Positions 1 to 13,800 of a stretch of DNA of 64,000 bases are shown piece after piece (positions within the stretch are counted from its first letter, which is position 1; each line of letters starts with the position of its first letter). The stretch spans positions 18,370,871 to 18,434,870 of the forward strand of contig NC_092676.1 of the NCBI RefSeq assembly GCF_964355755.1, in the 5' to 3' direction. This DNA is from Antedon mediterranea. Lineage: Eukaryota; Animalia; Echinodermata. The translations under genes were made by a program, and so were the position numbers. Below the pieces are notes generated by a model. That model saw nothing but the letters and a program-made list of their open reading frames with translations, did no database searches and was not told where the DNA came from.

Positions 1-58
1 TACGCTGTGTGGTGTGTCACACATTGTGGCTTCTTAATTAAACAAATTAATTAACAAA

Positions 59-421
59 CTAGACTCGGGTACCCCGAGTAAAAAGCACGAATGTACGATA
101 CTCGGGGTACAGCAAATGAAGCTGTAATGACGTCATAAGACGGGATGTGACGTCACATACACATCAATAACCTACCAAATACGGCTATATGGTACCATTT
201 TCGAGACGTTATATGGCTGCATCCGGTTTGAAATCTAAAAATCCGGCTCTATAGATTGGAGGACATGTCCCTGTAGTATATTCATGCTAAATCCCAGCTC
301 AATACTACAACTAATAAGGGAGGAGTAGTACTTTAAAAATCGCACTTTTTACTCAATAGTGTCCAGATGGTGGAGGAGAAAAAGAGTAAGTACTAGACTC
401 GGGTACCCCGAGTAAAAACTA
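59..421 (-). mobile_element. Helentron/DINE-1-like non-autonomous element (HINE)
   Basis: The motif ctagactcgggtaccccgagtaaaa (itself a hairpin) occurs as a direct repeat at ~59-84 and ~391-417. An inverted partial copy (tactcggggtac) lies at ~99-110. On the minus strand the element starts in a T-run and ends ...tctagtt, the subterminal-IR/hairpin layout of HINEs. Confidence 0.5.
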
Positions 422-624
422 GAGATAAGTGATACACATTTATCTATAGTTTTGTAATTGATAATTCAATTTAACCGTCTTTAAATGACTGTTTCGATAC
501 TGTATCTAATATGCCTTGGCATTGCTATTAATAAATATTAGTGTTACCATGATCTTCTTTGACGCTTTTTTTAGTTTGAAGTTTACTGGTGATGCTTTAC
601 GGTGGGTAACATTTGCATTACTAA

Positions 625-798
625 AGCGTGGTTCCCACTAGCGACGCAACGTAAGTACGTAACGCAACGCAAGTGAATTGACCAATCACAAGCGATGGCT
701 TATACGTTTTTGATTGCTGTCTATAACTTCGCTTGTCATTGGTTAAAACGCTTGCGTTGCGTTTACGTCCTTGCGTTACGTTCTAGTGGGAACCAAGA
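625..798. mobile_element. MITE family B (agcgtggttcccactag TIR), Harbinger-like
   Basis: TIRs agcgtggttcccactag...ctagtgggaaccaaga, internal inverted acgcaacg/cgttgcgt and TAA/TTA-like flanks. Related copies at ~8106, ~14238, ~27265 and ~61861. Confidence 0.75.
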
Positions 799-964
799 TT
801 TACGCAGAATTGAGCCGCATAATGTTGCGAAAAAAGAGTTTTCAGATATGGCAGGTAAGACGGCAAGGTAAGTATTAAATTATTGTCTATTACTTTTAGA
901 AATAAGTCGAGTATTATGAAAATTAACTTTGTTTGCCTATTAATTGTCAATCCAGTTTATACAG

Positions 965-1062
965 TAGTAGAACTCTACAGCTCACTATGTCGGTCGGTTG
1001 GTCGGTCGGTCGGTAAACATTAACTTGAGCACGCTACTGCCGCCATCTATATGGCCTTGTTA
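965..1062 (+). repeat. Short HINE-like element with (GGTC)n microsatellite
   Basis: gtcggtcggttggtcggtcggtcggt tract followed by ...atggccttgtt end. This layout resembles mini-Helentrons. Confidence 0.3.
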
Positions 1063-1872
1063 GTTATTCAAATGTATGCGAACCCCTACACGGCGGGTAT
1101 AAAAGGCAAAACAAGATCAAACATTGAGCTAAACACCTAAAGTTGGCCTAGACAAAACAATTAGTACAATCTACTATAAATATTCAACTTCAAAATTATT
1201 AGAATTTCGCAACAAGCTTTTTTTTAACCATGTTGTTAATGATTTTTATTTATACCGCGGTACTAATGTTCATTGAAATTGTCTCGAACGTTTCTGTTAA
1301 AAAAATATGTTTACTTAATATCTTATGATGCCCATAAAATAGGATTTTTATCTTTGTACAAAGCTAATAAACGGATGTTTTTTAGAAGTGGAAACTGTTC
1401 TTGTCATTGATGTGCAAATATGTTCCTTTGAATACAGCGTGCTTTATCATGTGAACCTTATTATAAATGTTTGCTCATGAATAATGCATGTTCACCATGG
1501 AAACAACAAACAAAGAGGGAGGGACCGAACGTAAACAGGACTCGACCCTCTCAACGATGAATGGTCTATTGTATACGCACGTCTTATTAAGGTTGTGGCC
1601 TTTGTTATAGACAGTATAAACTAAATCATGAACTAGGGTACAATAAAGGTAACGTACTTGGTACGAGTGCTTATAACACTCGGTCATAACTTGTTTGAAC
1701 AAGAACAATTTCACTGTTATAAGTGCTTGGTACAATATTTCAAGGATCACAAATCAGGATAGAAATGTTTTTTAATCGTAATCATTATAACCCAAATGAT
1801 AGCACTGCGCAAAGGTTGAATATCAATGAGGTAAAGATAGTTTTTGAAAACTCGAATGAAGTTTACTAGGAT

Positions 1873-4800
1873 ATGGGATCGAATCGACTTGACGTTACCG
1901 AAAAGTGGTTCAAATCACCGTCCTCCGACATGGATAAAGGATTTACAAAACCATTGGTTCCTTCAAGAGACAGGGTGAGTTTAATTTTACGGTGCTATTT
2001 AAACAATTTAGTTAATTTGTGATTAATTAAATGGTAGTGTTTAAATATGAGTATGGGTTATAATGTATCAATCCAAAGGCAAATGACTGAAAAAATAACA
2101 AGGATGTGTGTATCAGTGGTTGGATCTCAATGGAGATACAAAAAAAAAGCAAAACAGCCAGAAAAGTTAGCAGAGCTTTCGCCAACACTAGTTTATCAGT
2201 GCAAGTTAAATGAGTAGTTCTGAACATGTAATACATTACCGTACACTTTTAAATGTGCTACATTTAAAACATGATGCCTACATTACTGCACATGCTGAAA
2301 GTATTAAGTTTTAACTATTTTTGTATGATTTTATTTATACCGTATTAACTAAATCAAGGCCAAAACTTTGTACAGTAGGGTTTTTTTTATATTAAGAATT
2401 TAATTATAAGATTTTCAATATTGTTTGTAATAGTCATGTTATAGGCCTACAACACTGACCAAAAAAGTAAAACTACTACACACCAGCACTGATTTGTTTT
2501 AATGTTAGTTTAATTTAAAACACATTTGACCGTATTTATACCAAACTTTATAGTTATGTCATAGAGATATTATAATGCACTATAATATCTCTATTGTATA
2601 GACAGTGTGTTCATAAATAATGGATGATCATTCAATGTTATATCTATTTGCAATGCGTCACTAAAATCTACAAAAACAAACAACACTTAATAATTAACTT
2701 ATTCGGTTTAATTGAACCGCATTAATGCTAAAACACCTACTGCCTTTTGTAATATTTTTTGTCATTCCATTGTGAGAATTGTTAACTTGTTAAGCACGTT
2801 TAGATAGCCGTCTATTATATTCCGAGATTAAGTAGGCCTATACCCACTCATTCCTAAACGACGTCAAACTGTTTCAAATTATTATGAACCTGTTTCTGTA
2901 AATGTTCAAGCATTTTATTTTTATATTCCGAACCGAAGTTTCTTAATGTAGCCAACAGAAATATACAGTAATATATGCGTCTATCTGACCGTGCACTAAC
3001 ATTTTGTCATTAATAATTTATCGGCCTGGAAACTAAAGGCCGAATGACTTTGAAGATATTATGTTGTACTGTAGGCTAATTTGCAATGTACCGCAGAGAC
3101 CTCCATAATTTCATATTATAGGCTACATCAGCAATGTTGAAGGGTCTACCGTCGTTAAAGAGGTGGTTCCTGATCATTGGACATTATTTTCCAATGTGTT
3201 ACAAAAATGAGGCCTATGTATCTTAATAATGCGAACGAGGCGATAGTAAATCAACCAACTGTCAAACTGTGGTTACTGTATACTTTTTTTTCTACTCACC
3301 AATTATTTTTTGTGTATTCATTTTTTTTTAAGTAGTAGTTTATCTTTATAAAAAAAAAACAAAGGTTTATTGACCAAAATTCCTTATTTCCGAACACTGT
3401 ACTTTTGATTGTGATTGATGAACGTTTTTACACAAAAATATTTATTTCAGACGTAAAAATAAAGAAAAGATTTACTGTAAAATGAAATGAAAACTAGTAA
3501 TCACTATGCTGGTAAATATTTAAGATTGAAAACTGACAGTTCTTTTGACACCTCTCATTAATGTCAGAGAATATTAATCATTAGTTGTAAACAGTGAGAC
3601 ATTTCAAAAATAGAAGTATTTTCTAATTCTGATATTTAAAAACCACTTGACCTTCATTTCAAAAAGTATAAATTTAGATTTATGCGTGCATAATAAATCA
3701 GGGGAATTAACAATTGGAAAATGAAAAATAAGAAAGATTCCTGGTTAAAAAAACTAACAAAAAATGGTGGAGCAAGGAAGATGAAAAATACGAAATTAGA
3801 TAAATTTGTAATTCCAATTGTTTGAGTTCCGTTCCGTTTTGAGGGGAAAAAAATATTTAGATAATAATTGAAAGAAGAATTTAGATGATAAATGATGAAA
3901 AAAGAATATTATGAAGTTGCAATTCAGAGGAAAGAAATTAAAAGTTTTGGGTGAAGAGGAAAAAAGAATATTTAGAAAATGATGAAAAGTAACGAAGAAA
4001 TCAAGAATTTAAAAGAAGTTGTAATTCAGAAGGAAAAACAAATTAGAAGAAGAAATAAAAAAATTCCAGGTATAAATATTAATAGGAAATGATGGAATAA
4101 AGGAAGACGAACAAGAGAATACCTGAATAAAATTGTAACTTACGGAAAAAGAATCCAAGTAAATTGATGAAAATATATATATATAAATTTGTGTACCTTT
4201 ATTTTTATATTTAAAGTAGTTATAAGAACAAAAATCAACAATAATTCTTTTACTCATAAATTTAGTGTTAAACATTTATTTTTCATATATTTTCATGTTT
4301 TTTTTTGTAATTCTTAATTTAATTTTTGCTTGTATTGTTTGATTGTCTGGAGTTGAAAAGATGTGAATATTAACAGAAAATGATCGAATTAGGACCACAA
4401 GACCCCCATTTTGGTTTTGTATTTAAACGTTATACTCTTCATGTTACAGTTGGCTATAGTTTTCAAAGATATTTTTTTTTCTAGGTGTATAAACACCCAG
4501 TCGGGTAATAATATCTCGTAAACCTAGTCGGCTATTAATAATAATAATCTTAAAACGATACCGACAATTATATAACATTTGTAATCATGTTTAGCAAGTT
4601 GAGTACAAAAGCAGGACTGCAAATCTGTTGTCGACATACTTACGTCAATAAGTAGTGTGTCGTTGTGTTCAGATCAAACCCAAGGAGCTCGTAAAATGAC
4701 AATATTAATTCCCAAACGACCCCATGCTGCATGTCTTAGATAACAAGCGCCTCCCTCTTTTATTGATTTTAAATCATAATGGAGTAAGTCATTGTTAGCA

Positions 4801-7800
4801 AATGTAATTATATAATAAATAATAGGGATTGTCGATATTTGTTTGGATTTCTTAAGATAATTCCCAAACGACCCCATGGTACACACATAATTTACCACCA
4901 TATATTCAAAAGGATTTACTCTAATCATGTACCTATAAATTATATACTAATTTATAGATAGGTCCATGCTCTATTCTATAATAACTCTATTCATTTTTTT
5001 TTCTAATTTAAACAGGTTTGTTTGTATCTACAGTATAATCATTGTATTAATAATTATAATCTTAATTCCTTACTCCCAGTCTCTGTGTTTACGATTTCAA
5101 AGCAAGTATATAGTATACAAAAGAAGTAGTTAGTAATGTTGTAATGATGAAATTAGCTTAAATATATCATCACCTGAAACAAGAATTTACTTTGCGTCTC
5201 GACCAAAGACATTATTATTATTATTACATTGTACCATTGAGATGTACATCTCCCTAGTTGTGTACGTACAGTTGGCCTATAATCTTCAGTATTTTCAATA
5301 TAGACCTTACAGTATGTTTGACACGGTGGTGTAAATTAGCATTTACAATTAGTTTCCATTTTTGGAACTAGGTGAGGTAAAGTTGTAGTCGTAAATGTAA
5401 TTCTTGATATATTGTGCGCATTGAAGTCAATAAATTCTACTTAAATTTGACGAAAATAAATTATCTTGGGATAAAAAAACTAAAATAATTTTGAAATAGA
5501 CCTATATTCTATATTTACATTTTAATGAGTGTACATTTTTTGTTTGATGAGTTTGTGACGAGCAAAACGTTCGAGTTCTGGTGACTCAAGATGGGGTCAT
5601 TAACGACATGCAAGCCTGTGTTCATAACGGGACGTGAACAGTAGGCCTATGATCATTTGTGAAAAGCAGTTTGAAGGGTCTAATAACGACGGTTCAATCG
5701 CAGTCATGGCCTGAATTTTTGGCTCTAAAAGGCATGTCTAACATGCGCAGAATGTTATACAAGTAATTATGAGCCCAATGATTATGAGAACACATTTTTT
5801 AAAATGATCGCAAACTGTCTTTCTACAGTATACCGTTTTACAATGACAATAATTGAATTTGTAATTTTATGTAAAATACCTATAATTTTTTCTCTATTAA
5901 TGATATATTAACAATACTATAATAAGAATAACATTTATTATTGTTTACAGAAAAATTCTACGTTATAACCTTTTCCTTCATAACACTACTAGTACTAATG
6001 TAGTAAAATAATATGTGTCTGATATATATCTAACATTCCGATCGTTATAAATTCCCAATGTGAAAATCATTCATTTTTCCGATGCTCTTAAAATGTAATA
6101 ATTTATTACTGACAGTATTTTAATTTTATAGAGATTTATAATACAAAGTAGGACGCTTGTAACATTTATTTTAATGACTCGAGAATCGTTAATCAATCAA
6201 TTGTCATCTTCTGTAAGTATAAGATCAAGGTTTTTCTGAATATTGGCCCAGGTATACTTATTTGCAGATTAATGGGGTTTAAAATAATTAGATTAGCCTA
6301 AAGCTCTGTCTACACTATCAAACTTTATGTCTAAAAAAAACTAGTTTAATAGTGTAGGCAGTAAAGCTCTACCTACACTCTCAAATTGGTAGTGATATCT
6401 CCAAATACGGAAGTGATATGACCCATATGGGCACATCATATTTTTTGTTGTCACATAAAGTTTGATAGTGTAGACAGAGCTTTATAATAGTTCTGGCTAC
6501 AAAATGTATGACAGGAATGTTCTATTGTTGCATTACTATAAGTTATAGTATACGTATATCTTGTTGAATTGTACTGTGTTTCTACAGTATATGTAACCAG
6601 ATGAAATATTCTTTTGAAAGAATTATACATTTTTGTATGTTACCTGGAAATTGAATAAAATAAAAAAAAAAATTAATAAAAAATACATGGCTGTTTTTCT
6701 TGTTGCTATATTTTATATGATATGTTCTTTAATATCTGAATTGTTCAATTAAGTTCAATTATGTTATTCAATTTGCCGTATTTTTATTTAAACTTAGGCT
6801 ATGTGAAACGCATAGGCCTGATCGTAATTTAATTAATTCTACTATATAAATATATAGCGACTAAAAGTTAAATAAGGAAAATATCTCTTAAGTGTGATTA
6901 CAGCCGCAAAATTAATCATAGATCCTATAGTAGAACCTGCAATGCACAATATGATTGAAATAACGAATTTGCCGTATCCGCTTAGGCCTATTCCATCTGT
7001 GTTAATTTCAACATGGAAAGCGTCTGACGACAGAAACATAATTATTCCGGTTATTAGTTAGATTGCAGGCTAATTACAATAATAATGTCTGGGTTTCTAT
7101 GTAAAATACATAATACATTAATATTGATTATAAGCTAAAATAAACTTTCATCGTTTTTCGTAATACTAGGCCTACTATTATGGTATCACGTGGGAGCAAA
7201 AACCTGGAAAATGTCAATCAGTAGAAATATTTGTGGTGAGAACAAAGGAACGTTATAGAAAGTTAAAACACTATTGCTAATATTTATACATTATTATATA
7301 ATATATTACAAATTGTATTACGTTAACGTAATTAACTAAATATTGGAGCGGATGATTACGTCATACCGTGACAGGTATTCGACGCCATTCCTTGGATAGA
7401 CATGTAAATTTGCCTAGCAACAGATTCATGTTTATATAAGTCCAAGTAGGCGGGTGAACTTAGGAATATTAAGTCTCTTTCTATTCGTTCTTGTTTCTTG
7501 ACTTTGTTTGCACTAAATATCTAAAATTAGGGTATCATGTTCGTAGACAAATCTGAAAACAACTTGTTTATTGACTGCCGCCTTTATTCGATGACCTCTG
7601 TTGTTTTCCCATGTAATCGATTTGCTTTGAATTCAATTGATTGGCGGGTTTTAAGATGTACTTGAAGAAAACAATTCTATTTGTCTTTGAGATTTTCGAC
7701 TGTTAACTAGAAGTGCTTGAGGAAACTTACGCAAAAAGTACATTACGTTGTAGCCTATCCAATGGTAGCATTGTTTGCTTCTAATATAAATACCCATTCA

Positions 7801-10800
7801 CAGTATAAAATATTGTGAGCATGCGCAGAATGCTGCGTACGCCTGAAATTTGCATAAAGCTGCATTCACATCAAACCCGACAGTTACATTTGTTTGTTTA
7901 TAGTTATTTTGATAGTTATTGTCATGCTTTAATTAGAACAATCGACAGACTGTAGATTGTAGTTGTACAATAGATGGATTAAAATGTATTTATTCATTCA
8001 GCTTATTTTAAGTAAGGTGTACATATATCACAAGGTCTAGTATTTATAGGCCTAACAGGTTTTTTTAGTAGGTCACATGGATAATTCTTAAAAAGACTAT
8101 AAAAGAAGGTGTCAGTTTTGGCACTAGGACGAAACGCAAGTAGTTTTACCAATCCCGGGTCGATTGTGGATTATCCGTCGAGTCGTAATATTATTTGGCA
8201 AATGACTACATCCTTGCGTTGCGTCCCAGTGGAAACACAGCTTTAATGTTTCTTATGCAAGTATATGTATATCTACTACCGGTATATATACTGCATTACT
8301 TGTAAGTTAAATAAATATATACTTCACAATATTTGTATGCACCTTCCTAACTTTATTCTTACAATATTATTTAGCCTCATCGACGATCAACCTCTTTGCC
8401 GCCAATGACGGAAGAATTGAATACAAAAACATCTAGAGGAAAACTGATTTCACAATCCATGGGGCCTACAATTGAGGTATTGTTAATTGAATATATTTTC
8501 CAATAACGTCACTCACATTAAGTGAATATTTTGGCATATGTTAGAAGTCTGTACGAATAATGACTGTAAACTTTGACTTGTATTGATAATTTAAAATGCA
8601 TGTATACAAATTTAAAATCTTTTTTTTTCTCTTTTTTATTAGAATGGAGACACTTACGTGAAAAGTAAACGCAAAATAAGTCAGGAATCGAATCAAATGA
8701 TCGTGACGCATTTACGGGTAAGTTGATTCCAAAGAATAACACATGACGCACACATCGTAACACCGACGTAAAATGTCGTGTCACGTCTGTCTAATATCTT
8801 TCTATTATTTAATATACTGAAACATTTTCTTTTTATCTTAGCGGAAGCTTCGACAACGTATGAATCAATGGTATGATGGTGCTTCATCGTTAAGTGATGA
8901 TGAATCTACGTCGGAGATAAGTCGGATTCAATCACCAGCAAAGGTATATATACAGTCTTATATTTAGGCTCTCTAAAGAGCTTAAACACGCAGTATTCTA
9001 AACAATTAGTAGACCCTATCATTCGTTTTTCAACATATTAGAGAACTTTAGATTTTCCTAGAATCAAACAAAATTGTGTTGGAGAATCTTGTGAGGAAAT
9101 ACGTTCTAATACCCAGGGTTGTTTATGTATGCGAACAATACATAAACATAAATGAATTAGGTCGATATCGTTCATTTTTAAACGTCATTTTTCTTTTAGT
9201 TATAATAGGCGTACCCCAATTCGTTATTTAGTGTTTTATTTCTACAGAACATTTCAAGGCAAGATATCTTTCACAAGTATAATGATATTGGAGGCCGATT
9301 AAGTAAAGAAGGCTTTGCCAGAGATGGTCTTTATCCAATACCACGCCTACCATCAGAAAAAATTAGTCCAGAACTTATTAGTAAGTTTGGAAAACATCCT
9401 GATACGAAAGTATCTGACCGGCACCGAAGGGTTTCAGAAATAGCGTCTGCTGTTTTGATAAAAGGCAACAAAGAAGTTAGTTTAAATACAGGACTTGAAC
9501 GAAGGTTGTCATTGGTGAAAAACTTCTCATATGATATTGATAAGAAAGATAAAAAACTTGACCCAATATGTGCATCTGATGTTAGCGTAGCGTCCTCAGA
9601 TGGAACACAGTCCACTGCCAGCACAAGGAGCAATTCTTCTAGGAAAAAATCTTCGGGAACGGAGAGAAGTCTGTCACCACTTGATGCAAGTAATGTCGGC
9701 GGTACGCTTCCAGGAACACCAGTTAAACTTCCGGCGATATTAGTTGATTCTTCTCCTTTGAATAGTGACGTCTTACAGAATGATAACAGACAATTAGAAG
9801 ATAGTGCTACTATAAATCAAGTATCATCACGCACAAGTCCAGTACCTGACCAGCATCCAAATATCCTAGATATTGATACGGTTGACGTAGTTGAGGAATT
9901 GGATTGGGAGGATGCGTTTCATTTGATTTTAAAAGGAAATGTGAATGTCCGCTGTCCGATTGATAAGAAAGTTGTAAATATCTACCTCGCTTCTACTTTT
10001 TCAGGTAAGGAAAACGGCTTTCGGTCACTGTAGCTAGCTGTGAAGGCGCTAGTTACACTCCGTTATGCGTGATTAATTAATAGAATGACGTAATTCATAA
10101 ACGGTATTTAACTTTCTTTTACAGATTTCGTTGGTGAAAGATCTGCGATAATCAGTAAATCAGTTCCGCGCTTGCGACAGTATTGTCGTGACCGAGGTTT
10201 TGACTTTCAGCTTCGTGATCTCAATTGGGGTCTGAAAGATATCACCACCGATGATCATACGCTTACAGAACTTCGTTTGAAGGAACTAAAGAATTGCCAG
10301 CTGTCATCAAAGGGTCCGAATTTTATTGTAAGTTTTAGCAGTCAAAGTACTTGAAGAGTATAGGTCTATATTTAATATAGTTATGTTACGGTACTTAGTT
10401 CAATGCGCTTAGTAGTCTTCTCACTGCTCCGCCTGGGCTGCTTTGGTAAGATTTTGGATAAGGTCTTTATTTTTGGTGCAATTTGTTTCGTGATATAGTC
10501 TATTATTTGTTTATAAAACAAATAGCAATGTGTACAAAAATGCAACAATCTTTCAAAAATGTATATTATTCTAATTAGATTGAGGCTGTTTCTGTTATCA
10601 CTGTTACTTATAAAGCATCGATTTGATCTAAGACCTATACATTAAAACCTATAGTATTGATCTTCTCTGCTTGAAATATGCACACCTTTTTTCTTCTCTG
10701 CGATAACTAAGATTGTATTAATTTTATAGGCCTTACTTGGGCAGAAATACGGACAGTTACCATTGCCCTCAGCAATTACAGTGACGGAATACAAAGCGAT

Positions 10801-13800
10801 ACTGAACGGTCTTCAACAAGAAAAAGATTTTTATATTAAGCTATATAGACCTTCAAAACAACTGACAGAAAACGGGTATGTTCATTTTGATTTATTTAAA
10901 TATCCAAAGTTGACTGCGCCTTCTTTGTAAATATTTTAAACAGGCGGGATTGGGCTCGCCGTTCCTCTTTGATACTCGTTCCAGTCGCCGTTTTAGATCC
11001 AGTATGGTGGACCTAGAGTGACATAGCTATACATTATTACGTAACCAATGGCATTTTCAAAAATTGCCCTCCTTGGCAAGATAAGACATTTAAGATAGTT
11101 ATAAAATACATTTAGTACCTAAAATACTATAAAACCACATTAAAAAACATAATTAAAAAGTTCTCTTATATTTCGAATTAAAAGTGTGTAGTGCGTGTGG
11201 AACAAAAGATAATTTAAAACGTGATTTTTATAAATAAATCAAATTTTTTCATAATTTGCTACACAGGGACGACATGCTTGAAGTTCCTTCACAAAATCCA
11301 AATGGGTTTATCAATAATGTAGTAGCTGCATTTGCACATAAAATGAGTGAAAATACAACATCACAGGGTTTCCGATCAAGAGCTGGTTCATTTAAGTCTA
11401 CGGGGCAGCCATCAAGAAGCAGGTCAAATTCCTTTAATGTCAGTCCATCAAGAAGAACGTCTAGATCCAGACAAGCATCAAGATCCAGATCAGGGTCGTT
11501 CAATTCTCAACCAGAAAATAAGTAAGTTCAATTCAATTCAAGAAACATTTATTGACCAAAACTATAACTTCATAACAATGGTTGGCATATAATATATATA
11601 TATATTCGAGAGACTACAAAAGGCCCAATGGGCCTGTCGCTGTAGTCCCTCTTTACATACAAATAATAATACAACATTTGGTACAGTCTCTACTAATAAA
11701 ATGTTGTAACGGGAAAGAGAAATTCAACTAAACGGCTAGTGATATTGAGCAGATTGAGAAAAAGAAGTAAGCAATGGTGCTAACCGGGAATCGAACTTTT
11801 CTTTAACAATGGTTGAAATGTAAATGATCATAGTAGGTGGTATGTTAATAGTTTACTATTTTTATGGGAGTTTACAGGAAAAACAATTCTAACAGTAATT
11901 ATTTTAAAAATAATTATTATTTTTTATTAGTAATTATATTAATAATAATACCGTATAATAATGTATTTTATATATTTCACATTAATGCTGCATCAGGCGA
12001 TCATCTTCCAAACGAGCCACCAAATTCAAAGTTACAGCAAAGAAAGTAGTAAATACGCTTCGGTTCTTCAATAGTTCAGCAGATGATGGAAATAAATGGT
12101 AGACATGCAGAAATAGTCATTCACATTGTTAAAATATGCACTTATTTGTATTAATATATGTCGTTTGTATTGTATGTTTCTGTAATTTGTATAAATTGAT
12201 ACAATTGTCTGGTTAGAGGTGTAATATATCATTTCTTATTCTATGGGAATAATATTTTCTCTCAAGGCTATATTTTTCCTCGAAAAAAAATATAATTCCC
12301 TCGGAGGATATCAAATGTTATACTGTATTACAGTGTAGCAGTGCACTGTATGACTTACCTTTACCTGTTTCCGCAGCCAAAAATTAACCGATAAAGTTCC
12401 TGTATAAACGGGATTTAACCGATTCCGCTCGAGAAAAATTAACCAATAATTATCTCATTCAAATCAGATAATTATCAGCTAATGCGACAACCTTTGACGT
12501 GAAGGACAAATCGTTGCGCTGTGATTGGGCTTATGGTTGTTCAGTAATGTCTGATCATGCACACTTTGATAATTTTTGTATTCATTCACTCATTCAAATT
12601 AACATTTAGTTCTTTCAAAACAAAATAATCAAAACAGATTAATAAAGAAAGAAGTGTCTTTAAAAAAATGGTAATATATTTCTTTGAGTTTTGAACGTGG
12701 CAAGATCCCAAAAATGTAACATTAAAAAGGAAAAACCAAGAAAAAACTTGTTGTGTTGGGCAAGCCATAAGATATTAATAATAATAATAATAATAATACT
12801 CTTTCGTATGCGGAAACGCGACCAACCATTTGTTTCTGTTATTGCTGTGTCACTTGTTTACATTATAATTATAATTTAATTGCTACTATTTTACTTTCAT
12901 AAAATCAGCACAATCGTGTTTAAAGATAATCATGACTTTCTAACTTTTTGAATGTATGTAATGTTATAATAATGTATAAAGAATTTATGTACAAACCAAA
13001 TCCACACTATTGTTTGTAAAACAATGCTCATAACTTTATTTGTTAATTCTATCAACTGTGTTTAAGATACTGAAGAGTGCTTTCTTGAACAATATTTAGG
13101 AGGATAAATAAAGTTATTGTGTATACAGCAAAGAAATGAAAGAGTTTGCAATTGATCTATATGTTTTGCTAAACAACATTATTTATTTATTTTAGTACAG
13201 ATGAATATGAATCTGAAATCAAAGAAGAGACAGTTGATGATTCAAAAGAGAAGGCAGCTGAGCGAAAATACGAGTCTGATGCTAGTTTAGTAAACACGTG
13301 GTATAAACTTGATGAAAACACCATTCCTCATGTCTATAGGTTGCAGTCTATAAGGTAACATTGTTGCATTGTGTTTTTTTTTTGTATTTTATAAAGCGTA
13401 GTTAGTACTGCGCATGCTTGGAATGGAATCGGCCATGTACGCTTTCACGACTATGACGATTATCAAGATATGATCCATTCAAATGGCTGTATGCATAGCA
13501 ATTATGTTTGTTGTTTTTGTCATTGTTATATGCAGAGGAAAAAAATTGGGGAAAAAAAGTTTCTTTACTAACCTTTTATTTCAGCTCTCAATTTAAAGAC
13601 TTCACCAGTCAAGATAAACAGAAAAAACAGAGAGCGTTGAACCAATGGAAAGCAATTCAGAAAAAGCTTCAAGATATTATAAGCAAAATGCTGAAAAATT
13701 GCATCAATACTGAAGATAGGAGTCGTGAGTTTTACACATCTGGTAAGCTAAATTGAGTACTTTATTGCTTTAAAATGAAATGTACTGCAGTTTTGCCAAA

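Noticed and set aside
846-854. Micro-exon ag|atATGGCAG|gtaaga as the NWD start
   Set aside because: Its phase-1 end does not match the phase-0 acceptors at 1870 or 8375. It may be a UTR exon but cannot be supported as coding.
3720-4140. Purine-rich stretch resembling a Lys/Glu-rich coding exon
   Set aside because: Frequent stops on the plus strand and no splice context. Low-complexity DNA.
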